A DNA stretch of 52,849 bases from assembly GCA_023336815.1 (NCBI GenBank), contig JAMBLJ010000054.1, positions 1 to 52,849 on the forward strand, given 5' to 3'. The position numbers and the translations under genes were made by a program. How positions within the stretch are numbered: position 1 is the stretch's first letter; every line of letters starts with the position of its first letter. The notes beneath the pieces were generated by a model that was not told where the DNA came from, did no database searches, and worked only from the letters and a program-made list of their open reading frames with translations. Positions 7,998 to 17,379 of this stretch are shown here, piece after piece. This stretch comes from Actinomycetes bacterium (GTDB lineage: Bacteria; Actinomycetota; Acidimicrobiia; Spongiisociales; UBA5794).

Positions 7998-9233
7998 TCA
8001 CGGCTGGGATGTGATCCCCTCGTAGAGCTCGAGAAGCCGCATCGTCGTGGTGTGCCACGAGAACTTCTGACTGTACGCAACGCCCCCTTGCCCGAGACGC
8101 TCGGCGAATGATCCGTGTTCGAGTATCGCCGCTATCGCCGACGCGAACGCTTGAGGATCGTGGTCATCGACGAGCAATCCTGACTCGGATGCGTTGATGA
8201 CGTAAGGAAGCCCTCCCGCATTCGCTGCCACGACCGGGATACCACAGGCTTGTGCTTCGGCGGCGACGAGTCCAAAGGACTCGCTACGCGATGGAACGAT
8301 GACAACCTCGCTCGCGCGGTAGTGATCCGCGAGCGAGCTGTGTGGCACGGGTTCGAAGTACCTGATCCGATCGGCTACTCCAAGCCGTTCGGCGGATATG
8401 TGACATCGTGCGAGTTCTGCCTCGCCGTCTGGTCCGCTAGCGCCACCGATGATATGCAGGGTCGTTGGTCCCGTGTCATCGGCGAGTATCGCCGGTATCT
8501 TTCCGAATGAACGAACGGCGAGATCGGTGCCCTTGTGGGACTGGATCCTCCCAGCGAACAGGATTATCCGCTCGTCCCCGAAACCGAGTTTGGTCTTGGC
8601 GTCGGATCTGCTCCCTGGCGAGAAAACGGAGTGATCAACACCGGGTGGAGACACACAAAGGCGCTCGGGTGAGGCGCCATAGTGTTCAAGGAGGTCATCG
8701 AACTCGTAGGGCGTTGATGCGATAACGCAGTCGCTGCGCTCGATCACCTCCTGCTCTGTCAAGAGTCGGTGTGAGCTCGAAAGGGGCTCGTCCGTGCCAC
8801 GTGTCGCATCCTTGACCTTGCCCAGAGTATGGAATGAATTCGCGAGCGGAATTCCGAGGGCATCTTTGAGCCGCACACCGCAGCGACCGGACAGCCAGTA
8901 GTGGCTATGGACAAGGTCGTACGTTCGACCGTGGGACCTGATCCACTTCTCGACCTCGCGAGCGAATTCAGCGGCGTACAGCCTCATTTCTGTGAGCGAT
9001 ATCCGTTCAGCGGGACCCGTCTCGATCTGGACGACGCGGTAGCCAGGCATGACCTCGGTGACGGTGTCTGATTCGGATTCCGATCGTCGGGTGAACACGG
9101 TCACGTCGACGTTCGACGCAGCCATCGTCCGGCTGAGTCGATCGAGGTACACGTTCATACCGCCCGCGTTACCTATTCCTGGTTGGATCAGAGGTGATGT
9201 GTGCATGGCGATATAGGCCACCGAAGAGATCAT
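7998..9233 (-). CDS. mshA: D-inositol-3-phosphate glycosyltransferase (mycothiol biosynthesis, GT4)
   Basis: MHTSPL..PG.GNAGGMNVY, HSHYWLSG, GRIQ..KG, ESFGLVAAEAQACG. Confidence 0.85.
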   Translation of the reverse strand: MISSVAYIAMHTSPLIQPGIGNAGGMNVYLDRLSRTMAASNVDVTVFTRRSESESDTVTEVMPGYRVVQIETGPAERISLTEMRLYAAEFAREVEKWIRSHGRTYDLVHSHYWLSGRCGVRLKDALGIPLANSFHTLGKVKDATRGTDEPLSSSHRLLTEQEVIERSDCVIASTPYEFDDLLEHYGASPERLCVSPPGVDHSVFSPGSRSDAKTKLGFGDERIILFAGRIQSHKGTDLAVRSFGKIPAILADDTGPTTLHIIGGASGPDGEAELARCHISAERLGVADRIRYFEPVPHSSLADHYRASEVVIVPSRSESFGLVAAEAQACGIPVVAANAGGLPYVINASESGLLVDDHDPQAFASAIAAILEHGSFAERLGQGGVAYSQKFSWHTTTMRLLELYEGITSQP

Positions 9234-10132
9234 GGGACACGACCTTCGATCGCGAACAGGGGTCGAGGGGTCGCGCCGTGTTTGAACTTGTATCGCTCAT
9301 CACCCTTCAGGAAGTCGAACACTGTTGCCCCGCGATCGATCTGTGCTTCGACAAGCGAGGCGAGGAGCACGATTCCCGGGGACGCCATTGCAGCGTCGAT
9401 GTCGTAGGCGGAGTTGTAGTAGTAGTACCCATCATCTGTCTCGAATCCGAATGCGTTGGCACGCGGGATCCCGTCACAGACAAGTGTGTGGATGCTCGCC
9501 CCACCGTTGCCGAGGAGGTCGGTGAAATAGCTCTGCATGCCCCCTGTCATGAACATGCCCTTGTCCCCTTGTGATGTGCGGTGCATCGCACAGAACATGT
9601 CGATGGCCTCTGGTCCTTGGGGCACGATCTCGATCTCTCCGAACTCCGCCTCAAAGCGTCTTCTCTTTCGGCGTACCTCGTGTCGTTCCTTCTTGCCGAT
9701 GGAGGCGAGCCAGCCTTCGTACGACGAGGGAAGCGACAGCACCGCGGCGACTTCATGTTGTGTGGATGAAGCTACGAGACCGGCTTGTTCGAGGCCGACC
9801 TTGATCGCCGTAGCTGCTGTTTCAGGGAGTGAGTCGAGACGAAACGAGAGATCGGTTTGCGCCGTGACCGCCGTCACCACAGCATCAACTCCTGATGGTC
9901 CGAGGGGGCTGTGGTAGTCGGTGAGGTTCTCCTGGCCTGCGAACTCGACGAGGTGCTCGGTGAGAGCCAGAGCGACAGCGCCGTCAGGCACCGTATGGAT
10001 CTCGAGCCTGGTGTCGCTATCGTCGCGATGGTTCCACACCGTCTCAAGGAACGATCGCGTCGCGAAGGGTCCGGTTGCGGGCTCCAGTGGCTTGAGGTCG
10101 TCGGGGTATGCATCCCAATCGGTACTGCTCAT
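9230..10132 (-). CDS. GNAT-family (CelD/BcsL-like) acyltransferase
   Basis: KKERHEVRRKRRR, YYNSAYD, SPGIVL, FDFLKGDERYK; start set at MSSTDW (ATGA overlap), not the 542-aa ORF start. Confidence 0.8.
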   Translation of the reverse strand: MSSTDWDAYPDDLKPLEPATGPFATRSFLETVWNHRDDSDTRLEIHTVPDGAVALALTEHLVEFAGQENLTDYHSPLGPSGVDAVVTAVTAQTDLSFRLDSLPETAATAIKVGLEQAGLVASSTQHEVAAVLSLPSSYEGWLASIGKKERHEVRRKRRRFEAEFGEIEIVPQGPEAIDMFCAMHRTSQGDKGMFMTGGMQSYFTDLLGNGGASIHTLVCDGIPRANAFGFETDDGYYYYNSAYDIDAAMASPGIVLLASLVEAQIDRGATVFDFLKGDERYKFKHGATPRPLFAIEGRVP

Positions 10133-11061
10133 GATTCCACCACAACGGTTCGCCCGACCTTCCGCCCGCCCCCGATGACGGGAGGAGAGATCTGGTCGGC
10201 AAGGATGTCCTGCGTTCCCTCTGGCAGGAGACCAAGTTTGGTCGCAACTTCGAGCGCCGCGGCAACTGCGCCATCGGACCATCCGGAACGCGACTTCGTC
10301 GCGATGGCGATCCCGTGACGTGCCATTGCGAAAGCCCCTTCGGCACCCACCTTCTGCGGCCCGCCCCATGTGACGCCCACCCGGCCGTCGGCGCGTACGT
10401 TGTCTGCGACAAGTGCGCCGTAGGCAGTCATCGCGGTGACGATCGGCGCGGCTTCGGGATCTCGCGAGAGCCGAGCGAATGCCCGAGCGAGGGTGGTGAC
10501 AGAACCGCGAAGCGTCGGCGCCCCACACCCGTCGACGCCGACGGGTCGCGGATCGGCGCCGCTGAACTCTCGCATCACATCGAGAATCGATTCCTGGAGC
10601 GCGTGGTGGGGATCGATGTAGGACTCGGTGTCCCAACCTGCAACCACACATGCGGCCAGCCAGCCAGCATGTTTGCCTGAGCAGTTGTGGAATCGTGGTT
10701 CCGGTCCTTGATTGCCACGGGCCACCTGGAGGACGTTGGCGCCGTAGGCGAGAGGACGACCCGGCGCGCACTTGAGAGCTCCGCGTGTGAGGCCTTTGTC
10801 CCGGAGAATCTGATCGACGATGGCGAGGTGCGCAGGGAAACCGCCGTGGCTGGCACATGTGAGAGCCAGATGTTCCGGTGGCAGAACCATGCCGGTGCGA
10901 GCCGCAGCGATCGCCTGAAACGGCTTGATCGCCGAGCGATAGAACAGAGGTTGGCTCACCGTGCCCGACGAATACAATGTTGTACCCGTGTCATCGATGG
11001 CGATGGCGGCAACCTCATCGAAGGACTCTGCGAGTCCCGACCGGACCCTTGCAAGGAGCAT
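10129..11061 (-). CDS. Rhizobium-type (class 3) L-asparaginase
   Basis: RSAIKPFQA, CASHGG, HNCSGKH, DGCGAP, KVGAEG. Confidence 0.85.
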   Translation of the reverse strand: MLLARVRSGLAESFDEVAAIAIDDTGTTLYSSGTVSQPLFYRSAIKPFQAIAAARTGMVLPPEHLALTCASHGGFPAHLAIVDQILRDKGLTRGALKCAPGRPLAYGANVLQVARGNQGPEPRFHNCSGKHAGWLAACVVAGWDTESYIDPHHALQESILDVMREFSGADPRPVGVDGCGAPTLRGSVTTLARAFARLSRDPEAAPIVTAMTAYGALVADNVRADGRVGVTWGGPQKVGAEGAFAMARHGIAIATKSRSGWSDGAVAAALEVATKLGLLPEGTQDILADQISPPVIGGGRKVGRTVVVES

Positions 11062-11064
11062 CGG

Positions 11065-11607
11065 CTAGGACGTTGTTAGGAGTTCGTCCGGGCTGGCAGA
11101 TCCGTCGCGATATCGTCGTGTGAGTTCTGCCGTGATCAGATCATGTGCGTCGTAGACGGCTCTGCGCTGGTCCGAAACCGCTGCTTCGGTAGTAGTCAGA
11201 GAGTCACGGATACGTGTCAGATCATCGGTGTCAAGCATCGGGAGCTTCGCGAGAAAATTGTCGTCGAGTGCCTGGTCGATCTCCCGTCTCCCCGTCCCTG
11301 CAAGTTCCGGGAGATCGAGCGAGAGCGCTTTGTCGAGAGGATTCGTTGTCTTTCCCGATGGAGTGTCCGCGAGGATTTCGGGGAGAGCCTCGAGAATCGA
11401 CCTTGTTTCTGCACCGGACCTGCGTCGCAATTCGAAATCGAGAAGATCGAGTCGGCCGTGAAGGATCCGGCGGTAGTACGAGAGTTCGGTGTCGAGATCG
11501 TCAAGCATCTCACGTCGTGCCCTGAGGTCATCGAGGGCGATGGAATCGAGAGCGGATGTGAAATCCGTGTCCATTACCTGGTCTATACGTCTGCGGTGTT
11601 GTGTCAT
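11065..11607 (-). CDS. RsiG/AmfC-like coiled-coil anti-sigma factor
   Basis: HRRRID N-terminus, ELSYYRRILHGRLD, EAAVSDQRR, ELTRRYRDG. Confidence 0.75.
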   Translation of the reverse strand: MTQHRRRIDQVMDTDFTSALDSIALDDLRARREMLDDLDTELSYYRRILHGRLDLLDFELRRRSGAETRSILEALPEILADTPSGKTTNPLDKALSLDLPELAGTGRREIDQALDDNFLAKLPMLDTDDLTRIRDSLTTTEAAVSDQRRAVYDAHDLITAELTRRYRDGSASPDELLTTS

Positions 11608-11631
11608 ACCTTGCTCCTTGATGCCGTCAAT

Positions 11632-12777
11632 TTAGCAAGCGGAGCGCACCGTCGGGTACGGGTTCACAGCTTTGCCGTTCGGTCGTATCTCGAAGTGCAC
11701 GTGTGTTGATGTATATCTGGCGTTGCCGGAGTTACCGACGAATCCAACAACGGTTCCTTTGGTAACCCGTTGACCCGACCTCAATTCCGCAGCCTGCGAC
11801 TCGAGATGGGCGTAGTAGTAGACGGTTCCGTTGTCCGAGTAGAGGTGCACCGTGAAGCCTCCAAGGGAGTTGGAACTCAACTTGATCCTGCCATCGACAA
11901 CAGCCTGAAGAGGGCGATTTCGTGGTGCGAACATGTCGACCCCCTTGTGCCGGCGTCCCCCGGATCGTGCGAATCCCCACGAGTCGATGAAGGATGTACC
12001 ACCCTGGACCGGGCAGACGAAACCAGGGGTCGTCGCCACAGGCGCTCCACCTGCGGCGCCAGGGCGTGCCGATGATTTCTCGGCCTGCTGGCGTTTGACG
12101 CGTTCGTCTTCGATCTTCTTTTCCTTCATCTCCCGATTGAGGTTGTCAATCGCTGTACGCAGGTTCGCATCGGCTTTCGCGAGGATGCTCTCCTGCTGTT
12201 CCTGGAGTTCGGTGATCTCATCGACGACAACCTCGGCTTCATCCTGGTTGGCGGCGACGTCGATCCTGCGAATTGCCAATTCGGCAGAGCTTCGGTCCGC
12301 CTGACGAGATACGGCCTCGAGATTGTCGAGAGCCGCTAGATCGGCCGAGGCCGCTCGAGCCCGCAACGCGGATGTCGTAACGAGGTCCTGGATGTTCGAA
12401 GCGTTGAATGCAGTCCCGATAAGGTTCGATTGGCCGGATGTATAGGCGTTGATGAGCAGGTCCCTGGCCGTGAGTTCGAGCTGATCGGCTTCTGACTCGT
12501 ACCGCTTGACAGTCGCCTCCATCCGGGAGATCCGATACAGCAGATCCTCATGTTGAGCGTTCAGGATCTCGTATCGATGGACAGCGTCGTCGAGCTGGGT
12601 AGTTGCATCACGATACGCCTTGAACGCCTCGGACTGGCGAGCCTCTGCCACCGACTTGTTGCGTTGCGCTCTGTCGACGTCCGTCTGACTCTGTGCGGAC
12701 GCGCTCACGGGAACGAGCACCACCAGGGCGAGGCTGAGAACGAAGGAGAACCAGCGCGGGCTTTGTTTTCGCGACAT
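11632..12777 (-). CDS. Secreted M23 metallopeptidase with coiled-coil N-terminus
   Basis: Signal peptide, long coiled coil, HKGVD, YAHL, HVHFE. Confidence 0.9.
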   Translation of the reverse strand: MSRKQSPRWFSFVLSLALVVLVPVSASAQSQTDVDRAQRNKSVAEARQSEAFKAYRDATTQLDDAVHRYEILNAQHEDLLYRISRMEATVKRYESEADQLELTARDLLINAYTSGQSNLIGTAFNASNIQDLVTTSALRARAASADLAALDNLEAVSRQADRSSAELAIRRIDVAANQDEAEVVVDEITELQEQQESILAKADANLRTAIDNLNREMKEKKIEDERVKRQQAEKSSARPGAAGGAPVATTPGFVCPVQGGTSFIDSWGFARSGGRRHKGVDMFAPRNRPLQAVVDGRIKLSSNSLGGFTVHLYSDNGTVYYYAHLESQAAELRSGQRVTKGTVVGFVGNSGNARYTSTHVHFEIRPNGKAVNPYPTVRSAC

Positions 12778-12836
12778 GGAACTGTCAGGTTAGGCGAGGA
12801 TCCAGGAAATCGACCAAGTTCCTTCGGAGATCGGTG

Positions 12837-13826
12837 CTAGCCGATCAGCCAGAGGGCGAGCCAGAAGAGGGGCGCTGCCATGACGGCACCATCGAACATG
12901 GCGAGTGAGCCAGGGGCGTCTTCTGTGTGGACGACGGTACCGGTCCTCAGCATCGAACCAAGGGCGCGTCCTGAGATGACGCCCGCAGATGCGGCTACGC
13001 CACCAAGGAGACCGGCAGCGATGTCGAGTTGATCGATAACGAGTCCTGCCAACAGACCTGCGATGAGAGCTCCCAGAAGAGCACCGACGTTGGCGTCGAT
13101 CGACTGGATCTGGGCACCATAGGCTCCTGCGATCCACGCTCCAACGAGAGCGAAAACGGTGATGAGTACGAAGGCTACGACGGCGTACGACCCGAGCAGT
13201 CTGATGAGCACCAGACCAGCACCTGCTGACCCGGCTATCAACGTAACGAGCGTGGTCGAGGCGGTCATCCGAAAGTCACGACTGGAGGCGAAGAACACGG
13301 GCCAACTCACTGAGAGGATGATCCCAATCGCGATACCCGCTGCGAAACCTTCAAACCCCCAGGCGTAGGCACCTGTAGCTGCGGTCACGGTTCCGATAAG
13401 GGCGGGGTAGACAACGAATGCATCCCGTAGTCTCGTTGCTGTTTCCGACAGATCCCACACCCAGGCAAGGACCGCGCCGACGGCAACGAATACGTACCAG
13501 GCCTCGTCTGCCCAAGCCACTGCGAGCAGAGATACTACGAGAGCGACGGATAGCAGGTTCGGGGCCACGTCGAAGCTGGTCATCGAGAGCGCTCCGCCTG
13601 AGACCGGCGGGATCAGGGCGACCTCGTCCGACGGCCCGATCGGTGTGTCCGCGTTAGCTTGTTCACCGTTGACCCACACTCTGGCCGATCCAAGCCCGGC
13701 GCTGAACTGGATCCCGAACCGGTCGGACGCCTGACCGAGCAGCTCGTCGACCGTTCCGGCCTCGAACTGCGCTGAGTCGGTTCCAGCCGATTCCCGTAGA
13801 TTGGCGAACAATCGCAACGTTGCCAT
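12837..13826 (-). CDS. MoaD/ThiS ubiquitin-like domain fused to a polytopic membrane domain (degenerate CdsA-like)
   Basis: LRLFANLRESAG...EVALIPPVSGG, then ~250 hydrophobic aa; TACGCT 6 nt before the ATG. Confidence 0.75.
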   Translation of the reverse strand: MATLRLFANLRESAGTDSAQFEAGTVDELLGQASDRFGIQFSAGLGSARVWVNGEQANADTPIGPSDEVALIPPVSGGALSMTSFDVAPNLLSVALVVSLLAVAWADEAWYVFVAVGAVLAWVWDLSETATRLRDAFVVYPALIGTVTAATGAYAWGFEGFAAGIAIGIILSVSWPVFFASSRDFRMTASTTLVTLIAGSAGAGLVLIRLLGSYAVVAFVLITVFALVGAWIAGAYGAQIQSIDANVGALLGALIAGLLAGLVIDQLDIAAGLLGGVAASAGVISGRALGSMLRTGTVVHTEDAPGSLAMFDGAVMAAPLFWLALWLIG

Positions 13827-13913
13827 GGTGCCAGCGTAGTGCGATTGGCAGACGAGGGTATGCCGCGTGCGTTGCGGACAAAACGCATCTGAGGCTGATG
13901 CGGCGCTGGGCTC

Positions 13914-15161
13914 CTAGCCGGCGACGGTTCCCTTGCACTCGCCGAAGCCGATGGGTACTGCGCCTTCGATATCGCATCGTGCGCTGATCCGGATCGTGTC
14001 GCCATCCTCAAGATAGGTGCGTGTCGATCCGTCGGATAGGGTGAGATCGCGTGTGCCATTCCATGACTGTTCGAGGAGCGATCCGAACTGGTCGGGTGTT
14101 GGCCCTGACACCGTGCCCGACGCGTACAGGTCGCCTGGCCGCGTTGTTGCACCGTTGATCGTGGCGTGGGCAAGTTGTTGGGCCATCGTCCAGTACATGT
14201 TGGTGAACGACGTAGCGATGATCGTGGTGGGCGGCGAGCCGACAGGAGATAGATCGACCGTGAGATCGATGGCTACACCTTGACGTTTCTGCTCCTGCAG
14301 ATAGGGCAACGGCACAGGATCCTGCGCAGTTCCCGACACACGGAAAGGTTCGAGCGCCTCGAGTGGCACGATCCATGGAGATATGGATGTGGCGAACGAC
14401 TTACCGAGAAACGGTCCGAGCGGTACGTACTCCCAGGCCTGGATATCCCGTGCTGACCAATCGTTGACGAGACACATGCCGAAAATGTGATGTTCGGCCT
14501 CGTCTACAGGGATGGGTGTCCCGAGCTGCGGTCCTGCACCGGTGATGAACCCCACTTCGAGTTCGATGTCGAGCTTCTCCGATGCTCCGAACAGCGGTCC
14601 GGTCGGTCCCCGCATCTGCCCGTGTGGACGCTTGATCGGAGTGCCAGAGGGAATGATCGTGCCAGCCCTGCCGTGGTAGCCGACCGGAAGGCGCTTCCAG
14701 TTGGGCAGCAACGGGTCCCCATCTGGCCGGAACATACGCCCGACGTTGATCGCATGCTGCTGGGACGAGTAGAAGTCGACGTAGTCGCCGATCGTGACAG
14801 GGAGTCTGAGGCGAACCGGGTGATCGATCATGACATTGTGTGCCCTGGCGAACGCGATTCCTTGTTCGTTGCCCGCCGTCAACATCTCCGTGACACGACC
14901 ACGTACCGCGCTCCAGACGCCACGTGAGTGGCCAAGAAAGGTGTTGAGCGAGTTCTGGCGAAACGTGCCATGACGGAGTCCGGTGCTTGTGAACAACCCC
15001 GCAGCCTCCGCTCTGGCGAGGTCGACGATGACCTCGCCGATCGCTACCCCGCATCGTTCACCCTCTGCGTCTGCGAAGACGCCGTACGGCAGATTCTGAA
15101 TCGGAAAATCAGACCCGAAGCCAACAGGTACCCACGATTCGAGGTGCGTGGCAGTGGTCAC
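13914..15161 (-). CDS. fahA: Fumarylacetoacetase
   Basis: FPIQNLPYG, DYVDFYSS..HA, LDIELE, NDWSARDIQAWEYVPLGPF, SGTVSG. Confidence 0.95.
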   Translation of the reverse strand: MTTATHLESWVPVGFGSDFPIQNLPYGVFADAEGERCGVAIGEVIVDLARAEAAGLFTSTGLRHGTFRQNSLNTFLGHSRGVWSAVRGRVTEMLTAGNEQGIAFARAHNVMIDHPVRLRLPVTIGDYVDFYSSQQHAINVGRMFRPDGDPLLPNWKRLPVGYHGRAGTIIPSGTPIKRPHGQMRGPTGPLFGASEKLDIELEVGFITGAGPQLGTPIPVDEAEHHIFGMCLVNDWSARDIQAWEYVPLGPFLGKSFATSISPWIVPLEALEPFRVSGTAQDPVPLPYLQEQKRQGVAIDLTVDLSPVGSPPTTIIATSFTNMYWTMAQQLAHATINGATTRPGDLYASGTVSGPTPDQFGSLLEQSWNGTRDLTLSDGSTRTYLEDGDTIRISARCDIEGAVPIGFGECKGTVAG

Positions 15162-16078
15162 GATCCCTCCCCGAGGAACGTGAGCTCGGTGAGTGCCTCG
15201 ATCGGTTCGTCGAAGTCACACGAACCGTAGGCGACGAATCCGCTCGTGCGGACACGCCGAATAGCGCTACCGGTGATCGTGATCTCACGCCACGTTGCGA
15301 ACGCTGGCCCGATTGCAAAGGCCCCAGGGATCGTTTCAGCGATGATCGCCTGGACCGTAGTGCGATCCTCTCCTGCAGCAGCCGCAGCTGATGCAAAGAG
15401 AAGGTTGACGAACCCATGCAGCCACACATCCAGGTCGTGATCGAAGTGTCGGAGCGGCCGGTGAAGCCCTGCGGTTGCCTTGAAGGGCATGCGGACGTCA
15501 GTCGCCGACGTGATGAACTCAGTGACCTCTTCAGAGGTCGGGAACATGTCAGCGGTGAGCCCTCCGCATCGTAATTTCGCTCCACCTACGCGAGTTCGTT
15601 CGGCGAGTGCTGATGCAATGGATGAGACCTGTCCCTGGATCGACGCAGAGCGTGCAACCTCAAGGAACGGGACGACTTCAGGTTGGATCGACAGTACGGC
15701 GTCGATCGTCGCATCGACGCCGTCGCGAGTTGGTATGGCGATCTTCGTCTCGGCGGAGGCGATCACGGCGGCAGGCTGCATCTCGGTGTGGAAGCTCTGT
15801 GCAACAGATGCAGAGGCACCCAGTTCCTCGTCGAGGATCACCGCGATTTCCCACGGATCTTCGCCGGGCAGAATCGACCGCGTCAGTTCACCTGCAAGTT
15901 CGATCAGTCTGGACGCCGGACACAGGAAGCGTCCAGCCACCCAGGAGGCCTCGGATGAGCGGGCTGCCCGATACCCCTCAACGGCGCCAGCCATGTCATG
16001 TGATGCTGGAGGGAACAGGCCGGCGTAGTCGATGAGGGCGGCGAAGGATGCCGTCCGAGCATCGAGGACGAGTCTCAT
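15158..16078 (-). CDS. Conserved hypothetical protein in the homogentisate operon
   Basis: DYAGLFPPA, KLRCGG, FKATAGLH, HGFVN, GSCDFDEP; 4-nt overlaps with both neighbours. Confidence 0.8.
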   Translation of the reverse strand: MRLVLDARTASFAALIDYAGLFPPASHDMAGAVEGYRAARSSEASWVAGRFLCPASRLIELAGELTRSILPGEDPWEIAVILDEELGASASVAQSFHTEMQPAAVIASAETKIAIPTRDGVDATIDAVLSIQPEVVPFLEVARSASIQGQVSSIASALAERTRVGGAKLRCGGLTADMFPTSEEVTEFITSATDVRMPFKATAGLHRPLRHFDHDLDVWLHGFVNLLFASAAAAAGEDRTTVQAIIAETIPGAFAIGPAFATWREITITGSAIRRVRTSGFVAYGSCDFDEPIEALTELTFLGEGS

Positions 16079-17241
16079 CGACCCTCGAGCCATGTCCACG
16101 CGTACCCGTCATCTTCGGAGTCCTTTGCACCTGGCCCCATATCGAGCGGCCGGAACGTGTCGATCATGACAGCGAGCTCTTCCGTGCCCTTCTTGCCGAT
16201 ACTTGCCTCCACGGAACCTGGCTGGGGACCATGGGTGTGGCCAGCGGGGTGGAGGGAAACCGATCCTTGTTCGATACCGGCACCCTTGCGCGACATGAAA
16301 TTGCCTTCGACGTAGAACAGAACCTCATCGCTGTCGACGTTGGCATGGTTGTACGGAGCCGGTATTGCATCGGGGTGATAGTCGAAGAGCCTTGGAACGA
16401 ATGAGCAAACCACGACTCCTGGTGCCTCGAAGGTCTGGTGGACGGGCGGTGGCTGATGTACGCGGCCTGTGATGGGCTCGAAGTCGTGGATCGAGAACTT
16501 GTGCGGGTAGAGACAACCATCCCAACCGATGACATCGAACGGATGGTTGCCGTAGACGAACTGCGTCATCCCTCCGCGGTGTTTCACCAGAACCTCGACG
16601 TTCGTGCCATCGCGTATGAGTGGCGTCTCCGGCCCATGAAAGTCCCGTTCACAGAACGGGGCATGTTCGAGGAGTTGCCCGTTGCGCGAGAGGTAGCGGC
16701 GGGGCGGACCGATATGTCCGCGGGTCTCGAGGATGAGTGCTCGAACGGGCTCGGCCGATGGATCGACCTCGTATCGATGGATCACCGATGCGGGGATGAT
16801 GAGGTAGTCGCCCGCCTCGAATCGAATCGCTCCGAACACCGTCTCAAGTGTTCCCGTGCCTTGCTCGATGAACACCATCTCGTCCCCTGTGGCGTTCTTG
16901 TACAAACCCGAACTATCCGAGCCGACGAAATACGAGACGGTGCAATCCTCGTTTGCGAGGAGTACTGCCCTGGCCGTAACGACATCACCTCCTGCCTTGA
17001 GTTGGTGCGTCTTGAAATGGCGAGGGCGGAGGGGGTGGTTCGGCGATGTGTCTTGGACTTCAGCCTCCACGGCCTCGATCGAGCGAAGCGCGGTGGGGGA
17101 GTGTGCGTGATATAGCAGTGCTGAGTCGAAGGAGAATCCTTCCTCACCCATCAGTTCTTCGGCGTAGAGGCTGCCGTCTGGTTGGCGAAACTGGGTATGG
17201 CGCTTCGGCGGGACCTCCCCAACGGTGCGGTAGTACGGCAT
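16075..17241 (-). CDS. hmgA: Homogentisate 1,2-dioxygenase
   Basis: HPFDVIGWDG, HQPPPVH, PYNHANVDSDE, HGPQPG. Confidence 0.92.
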   Translation of the reverse strand: MPYYRTVGEVPPKRHTQFRQPDGSLYAEELMGEEGFSFDSALLYHAHSPTALRSIEAVEAEVQDTSPNHPLRPRHFKTHQLKAGGDVVTARAVLLANEDCTVSYFVGSDSSGLYKNATGDEMVFIEQGTGTLETVFGAIRFEAGDYLIIPASVIHRYEVDPSAEPVRALILETRGHIGPPRRYLSRNGQLLEHAPFCERDFHGPETPLIRDGTNVEVLVKHRGGMTQFVYGNHPFDVIGWDGCLYPHKFSIHDFEPITGRVHQPPPVHQTFEAPGVVVCSFVPRLFDYHPDAIPAPYNHANVDSDEVLFYVEGNFMSRKGAGIEQGSVSLHPAGHTHGPQPGSVEASIGKKGTEELAVMIDTFRPLDMGPGAKDSEDDGYAWTWLEGR

Positions 17242-17379
17242 GTGTCTCCTTGCGAGTGCGGTTCCATGCTACGCGGTCGCGTCGTGTTCAGTTCGGTTCC
17301 GATTTTCGTACGGCTCGAAGGCGTGCCTCCGCGCGTGGTGCGATACTACGGGTACCGACGTCGAACACAGGAGAGAGCA

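Noticed and set aside
10133-10858. N-terminal 240 aa of the 542-aa ORF
   Set aside because: Out-of-frame shadow of the asparaginase gene; the GNAT starts at 10132.
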